64,000 bases of DNA from assembly GCF_006345805.1 (NCBI RefSeq), contig NC_043000.1:157914001-157978000 (forward strand). The letters run 5' to 3'. Shown in pieces: positions 54,995 to 64,000 of this stretch; within the stretch, counting starts at the first letter, position 1, and every line of letters starts with the position of its first letter. This stretch comes from Octopus sinensis. Taxonomy: Eukaryota. The notes below the pieces were generated by a model, which was given only the letters and a program-made list of their open reading frames with translations, was not told where the DNA came from and ran no database searches. Made by a program: the position numbers and the translations under genes.

Positions 54995-55199
54995 TTCCAG
55001 TTTCAGCTCTTGAGCTGTGGCCATGCTGGGGCACCGCCATTGTGGTGAAAGAGTACAGCAGGGATCACCACCCCCTGCCGGAGCCTCGTAGAGCTTTTAG
55101 GTGTTTTCGCTCAATAAACACACACAACGCCCGGTCTGAGAATCGAAACCGCGATCCTGCGACCGCGAGTCCGCTGCCCTAACCACTAGGCCATTGCGC
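54995..55199 (-). mobile_element. Chimeric SINE: family C tRNA-like head joined to a family A-type tail
   Basis: Head gcgcaatggcctagtggttagggcagcggactcgcggtcgcaggatcgcggtttcgattctc (A and B boxes) at 55199-55040, then ggcggtgccccagcatggccacagctcaagagctgaaac. Confidence 0.7.
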
Positions 55200-55397
55200 T
55201 TTTATTGTTGTTGTGCTTGAAATTGTTTGTTGTTGCTAAGCTCAAATACCGTTGAGGTCGACTCTTCCTTCATCGTTTCGGGGTCGATATCATATGCACC
55301 GGTTGAGCACGGGGATCAATGAAATCGACCTACCTACTGACACCAACATTCGAATTCATCATCATCATCATTATAATCGTCATCATCATCATAATCG

Positions 55398-55434
<37 letters not shown>

Positions 55435-55589
55435 TATTATTATTAATATATTTCTGGCGAGGTCGACTTTCCCTTATTTTATTTGGGTCGATAAGATAAG
55501 TACCAGTGGAGTACTGAGGTCTACGTATTCGACTTATCTCCCCTCCCCCACCGAAAACGCTAGCCTTGTGTCAAAATTTAAAACCATTA

Positions 55590-55605
55590 TTATTATTATT
55601 ATTAT

Positions 55606-55637
<32 letters not shown>

Positions 55638-56610
55638 TGTTGTTGTTTTTGTTATTGCTGTTGTTTAGTCTCGGGTTAACCCTCGTACAGTGAAGCATGC
55701 ACGATTAACGTGTAACACAGTACAGTAGTAAACCGGAGGGATACTTGGATGCTATTTCCAGTGGGTCGAACCCAGCGTGGCGAAACTCCCGTAGCTGTAG
55801 ACACTGCTTGCTGATGATGATGATTATGTTACCTTTTTGCTGTGTTGTTGTGTTGATGTTGTTGCAGTCTCATCTGTGGCCCTTGTGGAAAGCACATAAA
55901 CGTTATTACCGTCGCTGTTAATTTGTCGCTGCTATTCTGCTATTATTACTATTACTACTACTACTACTGCTATTGTTGTTGTTTTTATTATTATTATTGC
56001 TGTTGTTGTTGTTATTATTACTACTACTAGTACTACTACTACTACTACTGTTATTGTTGTTGTTATTATTATTATTATTATTGTTGTTGTGTGTTATTAT
56101 TATTATTATTATTATATTATTAGTATTAGTAGTAGTAGTAGTAGTAGTGTATGTTGTGTTTTTGTTATTGCTGTTGTTTAGTCTCGGGTTAACCCTCGTA
56201 CAGTGAAGCATGCACGATTAACGTGTAACACAGTACAGTAGTAAACCGGAGGGATACTTGGATGCTATTTCCAGTGGGTCGAACCCAGCGTGGCGAAACT
56301 CCCGTAGCTGTAGACACTGCTTGCTGATGATGATGATTATGTTACCCTTTTTGCTGTTGTTGTTGTTGTTGATGTTGTTGCAGTCTCATCTGTGGCCCTT
56401 GTGGAAAGCACATAAACGTTTATTACCGTCGCTGTTAATTTGTCGCTGCTATTCCTGCTATTATTACTATTACTACTACTACTACTGCATATTGTGTTGT
56501 TTTTATTATTATTGCTGTGTGTTGTTGTTATTATACTACTACTAGTACTACTACTACTACTACTGTTATTGTTGTTGTTATTATTATTATTATATATTGT
56601 TGTTGTTGTT
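55590..56610 (+). repeat. Tandem duplication, period ~513 bp
   Basis: gtctcgggttaaccctcgtacagtgaagc... at 55668 and 56181; the unique parts are near-identical. Confidence 0.92.
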
Positions 56611-56611
56611 G

Positions 56612-56648
<37 letters not shown>

Positions 56649-57044
56649 CATTGTTGTTGTTGTTATTATATTATTATTATTTTGCTTTTTGCTTATTGAT
56701 GTTGTTTATGTCGTTGTCTCCTTTCTGATGTTGTTTATTTACTCTCCAATCGATTCAGTTATTCTTGTTGTTGTTGTTTTGCTCTTAACTTCTTTTCTCA
56801 ATACATCAGTCGTCTACATCGCTGTTTTTTTTTTTTGTGTGTGTGCGGTTTTCCTCATTAACATCGTCGCATGTTGTTGTTGTCGTTGTTGTTTTGTGAC
56901 ATTAATATCTACATCTTCTTCTTTATATATATATAATATATATATATTATATACATACATATATATATAATATATACATATATATATATATATATTACAT
57001 ACATATATATATATATATTATATATACAATAATATATAATATAT

Positions 57045-57075
<31 letters not shown>

Positions 57076-57093
57076 CATATATATATAATATAT

Positions 57094-57136
<43 letters not shown>

Positions 57137-57244
57137 TATTATATATATATATACATATATATATAATATACATACATGTATATATATATACATATATAAT
57201 ATATATACATACATATATATATATACATACATATATATTATATG

Positions 57245-57276
<32 letters not shown>

Positions 57277-57323
57277 TATATATATATAATATATATATAT
57301 ATATACATTATATATATATACAT

Positions 57324-57356
<33 letters not shown>

Positions 57357-57401
57357 CATATATACACACACATATATATTATATAATATAATATATATTA
57401 T

Positions 57402-57439
<38 letters not shown>

Positions 57440-57515
57440 TATATACATACACACACACCACACACATATATATATATATACATATATATACACATATATA
57501 TATATATATATATAC

Positions 57516-57554
<39 letters not shown>

Positions 57555-57913
57555 TAATATATATCATTGATATTAAATTGTTTTTTTTTATTGAATCATT
57601 CTCAATATATTTGTTTTTTTTTGTTGTTGTTGTTGTTGTAGTTGCTGTTGTTTACCAGTAGCTTAGTACAGTTGTCGCTGTTGTTGTTGTTGTTGTTGTT
57701 GTTGTTACACACGTCGCCATTGTCTTGTAAAAGTCATTACCACCGTAGCCGACATTACCGCCGCTGCCGTAAACATCGTCGTCATTGTGATTTGCTTTCG
57801 CTTTCGCTGTTGTTGTTATTGTTGTTGCTGTTGTTGTCGCCATCGTGTTGTTTCTCAGTTTCTTAAATGCAGTTGTTGCTTCTGCTGTTACTTATATATG
57901 CTGCCATTTCCAT

Positions 57914-58700
57914 GCCGTTATAATGTCACCATCATCATGGCCACCATCGTCGTCACGGCCATCAACATTGTCGCCCCCGCCACCACCACTACCACCACAA
58001 CCACCACCATCACCACCACCACAGCAACCACCACCGTCGCCACCGCACAAAAGCAGCTACCATCGCCGCCATCACAACAGCAGCCACCACCACCGCCAAT
58101 ACCACCACCACCACCACCACCACCATCGCACCCGGGATTCCACCACCACAACCGTCGCCACCGCACAAAAGCAGCTACCATCGCCGCCATCACAGCAGCT
58201 GCCACCACCACCACCACCACCACCACCACCACCATCACAACAGCAGCCACCGCCGCCGCCATCACAACAGCAGCCACCACCGCCACCACCACCACGCAGC
58301 CGCCGCATTCGTAGACGTTCGTGCTGTCGTTGTTGTTGTCGTTATAATGTTGTTGTCGTTATAATGTTGTTGTCGTTATAATTCGTGCTGTCGTTATAAT
58401 GTCACCATTATCATGGCCATCATCGTCGTCACGGCCATCAATATTGTCACCCCCGCCACCACCACCACCACCACCACCACCACCACCACCATCAGCACCA
58501 CCACAGCAACCACCACCGTCGCCACCGCATTATCATGGCCATCATCGTCGTCACGGCCATCAATATTGTCACCCCCGCCACCACCACCACCACCACCACC
58601 ATCACAACAGCAGCCACCGCCGCCGCCATCACAACAGCAGCCACCACCACCGCCACCACCACCACGCAGCCGCCGCATTCGTAGACGTTCGTGCTGTTGT
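57914..58700. repeat. GC-rich nested tandem duplication of a CCA/CAG triplet mosaic
   Basis: gttataatgtcaccat.atcatggcca... at ~57917 and ~58393; acgcagccgccgcattcgtagacgttcgtgctgt ends both units; internal subrepeats. Confidence 0.85.
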
Positions 58701-59599
58701 CGTAGTTGTTGTTATTGACATTGGTGTCGCGGATGTACTTTGTTGCATAATATATTTTTATTATCGATGTTCGAGAGGTTTTCATTGATCCAGTTATTGT
58801 TTTTGTTATTGCTTGTCGATGTTGCTACTGTTGCTGTCGCTGTCGCTTGTCACCGTTTATCAACTCTTTTTTTATTTTTATTAGCAGACTTAAACTAAAT
58901 TACCTATCGTTTTTCTTATTGTCGTCGTAGTAATAGGAATTCGTTTCGCTGTAGTGATAGAAGTAATTGTAAGGATAGGGTGGCAACAATATTAGTAGCA
59001 CTAGCACTAGTAGTAGTGGTAGTCGTAGTCGTACTGTAGTAGTAGTTATTGTTGTTGCTTTGTATTTGTAGTTATTGTCATAGTTATAATTGCCTCTATC
59101 ATTGTTACTGCCGTCATCATCGTTGTCGTTGTTACCATCATTGCTGCCGTTGTTATTGATGTTATTGTAATAAATGCCGTTGTTGAAATTGTTAGTATAA
59201 TTGCAGTTGCTTAAAGAAAGAAAAGTCCCGGCAAAAGCAGACCTTAGATCAAAAGCTTGAAGCTTTGATCATCGTAGCTTTATGTTTCCCGCGGGCATAA
59301 TGTCTTAAATTCGTCACTAACGAACGTTTCCGCCCATTTATTAAATGGTTGGTTGTTAACTGACATATATTTATTACATATGATGCAATTATTGCATAAT
59401 AGTGTTTGTTAGTCGTTACAGGATACCAATGCACCATTACAATTCAATGGTGTCCTCCTTTTAAGGGGAGACGGCAGTAATGGGAATTCAGTGAAGCAAG
59501 GACGAAACAAATATCACACAATATCTTTTGTTTTAACGAACCACCAAATTGTTATGGAGGTATTAAAAAAATTCCGCGTATTTTAATTAACGATAGGCG

Positions 59600-60385
59600 A
59601 ACATTCCTGCGTACTCACACCCATGGAACTGGTAAGTAACGCTTCAAGCAGCATGGACAACGTTACCAACAGTTACAAAGGCAGCAGCACCACCAAATTT
59701 GTGGCCAGAAATTTCCACTACACCAACAATAACGGAAGCCCTAGAATCACCTAAAGGAACAGCGACACCAGTAACAAGAACAACAACATCAGTTAACGAA
59801 ACAAATATCGGCGGCGGCACCACATCCAATACACAGGCACGAGAATATGTCCGCTCAAATCTACTCCTGTTTAAGCAACGCCGGAACAACCATAAGTCCT
59901 CTTTTATGATATTGCAAAAGCGCAACATCACGCCCCTCACCAGTCACGTATGGCGCGTAAAAGAAGAAGGGACTACATACATAATTAAATGGAGGTTCCC
60001 TGAACAACCATGGGCTTATGCAAACGGGAGCAATCGATGTATGCTTTGCTTGGCTAAGAGGGCAGGAATCCTAAAAAACTCACTCGACCCGGGAATCATT
60101 TTACTCTATAGGGAAGAGGTATTCAGTTAATGCTCTCATGTAAAACGTTTCCTACTTCAAACTGGGAATTCCTTATTCGTTGAAGAGTCCCACAAAAGCT
60201 CCCTCGAATAACCTTCAGCTATTTGAGTCTGGCGAGTCACCTATACCGCTAAGTGGTCTTTGGTGCGAAACCAATGGTAACTTTATGACCGGCCATAACT
60301 GTCAACATCCTAAAAAATACATTATTGTTCTATGCTTTAATGCTTCAGAGTGTACTTCTTTTTCGGATATATGAACAACTGACAA
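59600..60385 (+). mobile_element. Penelope-like retroelement 3' fragment (GIY-YIG endonuclease pseudogene plus 3' UTR ending at (TA)n)
   Basis: ORF 59699-60130: EYVRS..FKQRRNNHKSSF...T.LTSHVW.VKE.G..Y.IKWR...Y.NGSNRCMLCLAK..IL...REEVFS*CSH is the characteristic PLE GIY-YIG C-terminal block. Confidence 0.85.
60225..60283 (+). ncRNA. Hammerhead motif in the PLE 3' UTR (one core substitution)
   Basis: gagt-CTGGCGA-gtcacc(tat)accgct(a)agtggt(cttt)ggtgc-GAAA-cca(a)tgg-TA-actt. Same sense as the PLE ORF; a more decayed TGAAGA...GAAT motif precedes it at ~60176-60222. Confidence 0.7.
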
Positions 60386-60488
60386 TATATATATATATAT
60401 ATATACATCTAAAATAGGATAAAATTTTTCGAAAAAAATTCTATCAATGGCCAGCATATTAAAAAAATACCTTTAAAGGTTAAATTTC

Positions 60489-60925
60489 TAAACAACTTAT
60501 AAAAAAAGGCAAAAGAAATATTCTGATGCCAAATATGCCGAAAGTAGACAAATCTTCAATAACCATATAATTCATCATTATAAGCACGCGTCTCGAAGTA
60601 AGCCGACAGAAATGTCTAATAAATTCCGTTATTATCATATCGGCCCCGATTTCAGAGTTAATTCATAAGAATTTTCTCCTCATCAGCGATAAATACGGTA
60701 AGAAATAAATGAAATACTTACTTATACTCGACGAGGGAAAAATTCTTATGAATTAACTCTGAAATCGGGACCGATATGATAATAACGGAATTTTTTAGAA
60801 ATTTCTGTCGGCTTACTTCGAGACGCGTGCTTATAGTGATGAAGTATATGGTTATTGACGATTTGTCTATTTTCGGCATATTTGGCATCAGAATATTTCT
60901 TTTGCCCTTGTTTATAAGTTGTTTA
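60489..60925. repeat. Large fold-back (~198-bp arms) between (TA)n tracts, with hammerhead remnants at the inner end of each arm
   Basis: 60489-60686 versus 60728-60925. Minus 60638-60691: tatcg-CTGATGA-ggag..aattc(ttat)gaatt..ctct-GAAA-tcggg-GC-cgata. Plus copy 60728-60776 has a TCGACGA core. Confidence 0.9.
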
Positions 60926-61227
60926 TATATAAATATATATATATATATAGATCATTGCCATATTTGTTCCTGCGGTATGTGTTCTGATGATAATGCAAGT
61001 GACACTGGTGTGATGATTTTGGGGCTTGCCTTTCTTTGAGATATGATTAGACAGCAGTGAGGGCGGTTTTGGGGGAGGGGCAGAGAGTGGAGATTTGCAT
61101 GAATGTAAGGAAATAGCTTAACACACACACAAAAAAATCTCTGCACGAGCATGGCTTTTCTGGTGGAACGAACCATGACTAAAGGAGATGAACACCATGT
61201 ATACGTAATTACATTCTGTTATATATA

Positions 61228-61228
61228 C

Positions 61229-61259
<31 letters not shown>

Positions 61260-61600
61260 CATACATACATACATACATACATACATACATACATACATAC
61301 ATACACACATACATACATACATACATACATACATTCATACATACATACATACATATATACATACATACATACATACATCCATACATACATACATACATAT
61401 ATACATACATACATACATACATGCATGCATACATACATACATACATACATACATACATGCATACATACATACATGCATACATACATACATACATACATAC
61501 ATACATACATACATACATACATACATACATAATACAATCATACATACATACATTCATACATACATACATATATACATACATACATGCATACATACATACA

Positions 61601-61634
<34 letters not shown>

Positions 61635-61735
61635 CATACATACATATATATATACATACATACATACATACATACATACATACATGCATACATACATACA
61701 TACATAATACAATCATACATACATACATTCATACA

Positions 61736-61769
<34 letters not shown>

Positions 61770-61817
61770 CATACATACATACATACATACATACATACAT
61801 ACATACATACATACATT

Positions 61818-61849
<32 letters not shown>

Positions 61850-62000
61850 CATGCATACATACATACATACATGCATGCATACATACATACATACATACAT
61901 ACATACATACATAATACATACATATATACATATATACATACATACATACATATATTTATATAAAAACACATACATACACACATACATTTATATAAAAACA
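61228..62000. repeat. Long (TACA)n microsatellite with higher-order repeats
   Basis: Variant marker aatacaatcatac at 61531 and 61706; partial third copy at ~61913. Confidence 0.95.
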
Positions 62001-62520
62001 TACGAATATATATATGATAGATCAGAGGAATTGTGTATCTGGTACTGCTACAATTGTTTCATTTGAAACTATCGTGATGCTCACAATGGTACAGTTAGGT
62101 ATGTTCTATGCAGACTGTGCATAAGAATATGTAACACATGATGCGACTCTCATCTCCTCAGGCTCAACAAAAATACAAACGAGCAACGATGACAGAAAAA
62201 TCATAGCTCATAAGCATAATTTAGTCTTTACATATGTATAGAAATACTTGTTTGCTGGAAGATATATGTATATATTTCATGTATACATGTATACATGGTG
62301 GTGAGTCTATATGTATATACTAAGTGTAATACATGTTTTAATATTTAGCATCTGTCTGTGCAACTTACGTTCTTGTTATTTGTTTACTTTTATTCTTCCT
62401 GTCTTTTTCTTTTTCATTTTATCTAACAGCGTTTTTTCGCTTTCCCGTTTGCTAATAAGTGTGTTTAAATTTGTATATAAATGAAAATGAATGTGTATAT
62501 GCTACACACACATACATAGG

Positions 62521-62861
62521 TATTCGGCACTCCGTCGTTTACGACAACAAGGGTTCCAGTTGATCCGACCAACGGGACAGACTGCTAATGAAAATACCGT
62601 GCAAGTAACAGAGCACTCCATAGACACGCTTAGTTTTTTTTTTCTTTATACTGTAGGTCTCAGGGAGATTCAGCGTGACTCAGAATGTGACATGACCGGC
62701 CCTTTTAAATACAAGTTCAACTCATGTTTGCCAGATGTGTGGGCTCGAGCCACGTGAAATAGAGCAACTTTACTCAAACACGCAACGCACCGCTGGGAAT
62801 CGAACTCATCGCATTACAGCCGTGAGCTGAATAAATTGACAACTAACTTACGCGTCTTCAC
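62521..62861 (-). mobile_element. SINE family D (tRNA-like head, older)
   Basis: B-box gagttcgattcc in the minus-strand head; body tcacgctgaatctccctgag...ggatcaactggaacccttg...acgacggagtgccg. Confidence 0.65.
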
Positions 62862-62896
62862 TCATACATGCATGGATACATACATAAATATATACA

Positions 62897-63801
62897 TGCA
62901 GAGTATCCAAAATGTCACTGATAGGTTTCAATTTCTAATAATTTCCTTAACTTCACAAATAAATGCATAAAATTTTGATTTAACATAAAGGACAAAATGC
63001 AAGTGGCTGTGTGGTAAATAGCTTGCTAACCAACCACATGGTTCCGGGTTCAGTACCACTGCGTGGCATCTTGGGCAAATGTCTTCTGCTATAGCCCCGG
63101 GCCGACCAATGCCTTGTGAGTGGATTTGGTAGGTGGAAACTGAAAGAAGCCCATCGTATATATGTATATATATATATGTATATATATATATGTGTGTGTG
63201 TCTGTGTGTGTATGTTTGTGTGTCTGTGTTTGTCCCCCTAGCATTGCTTGACAACCGATGCTGGTGTCTTTACGTCCCCGTCACTTAGCGGTTCGGCAAA
63301 AGAGACCGATAGAATAAGTACTGGGCTTACAAAGAATAAGTCCCGGGGTCGATTTGCTCGACTAAAAGTGGTGCTCCAGCATGGCCGCAGTCAAATGACT
63401 GAAACAAGTAAAAGAGTAAAGAGTAAGTCAAAGTTAGAAACGCAACTACATTAAATATCAAAAATGACATCGCTTAAATGGTAGCCATTTTCAGCTTCGT
63501 ACACCCGTTCTCTTTCCAAAACTTGCACTATAAAACCCTCAAGAGATTCTCACCTGTGATTTCTATATGGATGTTCTCCTTCAGTCGCACCAAGGTGTCT
63601 GGTTTGTGCGAATCCGAAAATGGTTGCCATTTAAGCAATGTTATTTTTCATATGTGATGTAGTGGTGTTGCAAAATTTGACTTAAGTATATTAATTTCTA
63701 TCATGTCCTTTATATTGTATGAAAATTTCATGTATATATTTGTAAAGTTAAGGGAGTTGTTAAAAATTGAAACCCATCAGTGACTTATGGAACACCCTGT
63801 A
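62897..63801. mobile_element. Tc1/mariner-type MITE with long TIRs, interrupted by SINE A
   Basis: The reverse complement of the right end, tacagggtgttccataagtcactgatgggtttcaa..., aligns with 62897-62999. Inner arms 63425-63503 and 63605-63683 are also inverted. Confidence 0.85.
63000..63424 (+). mobile_element. SINE family A nested in the MITE
   Basis: High identity to 31041-31449 and 48194-48610. Confidence 0.92.
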
Positions 63802-64000
63802 CATACATACATACATACATACATACATACATTCATACATTCATACATTCATACATGCATTCATACAAAGATATTTACCTACATACATAGGTACACACAG
63901 CACACTAACACATATATCTATATATCTATGCGTGTCGCTATGTGTATGCGTTTATATACATGCGTTCATATACAGGTCTTTGTGTATATAGATATTTGTG

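Noticed and set aside
55130-55199. tRNA gene
   Set aside because: A and B boxes are present, but there is no acceptor stem or poly-T terminator and the sequence continues into a SINE body. The same applies to the other SINE heads.

Overview
AT-rich, microsatellite-saturated animal genomic DNA. The tRNA-derived SINE families and the abundance of (TA)n/(TACA)n/(CA)n tracts look like an octopod cephalopod (Octopus-like; recognised from pattern, not searched). There is a 100-N scaffold gap at 48936-49035. No intact conserved protein-coding gene is recognisable. The only gene-like stretch is a GC/CpG-rich, low-complexity block at about 49.0-51.3 kb that may be the first exon of a minus-strand gene, which would make much of the rest intronic. 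Nearly all ORF-track entries are microsatellite translations. The window holds many dead transposons: four SINE families, CR1- and Hero-type LINE fragments, a Tc1 relic, a Tc1/mariner MITE, a non-autonomous Helitron and Penelope-like (GIY-YIG) retroelement ends. The most notable signal is a recurring set of short fold-back (inverted-repeat) modules, mostly embedded in (TA)n tracts. They carry minimal type-I hammerhead-ribozyme motifs from several sequence families, about a dozen motifs in all. Two look nearly intact, one of them with a CCGANGA core variant, and one sits directly downstream of a Penelope GIY-YIG ORF.
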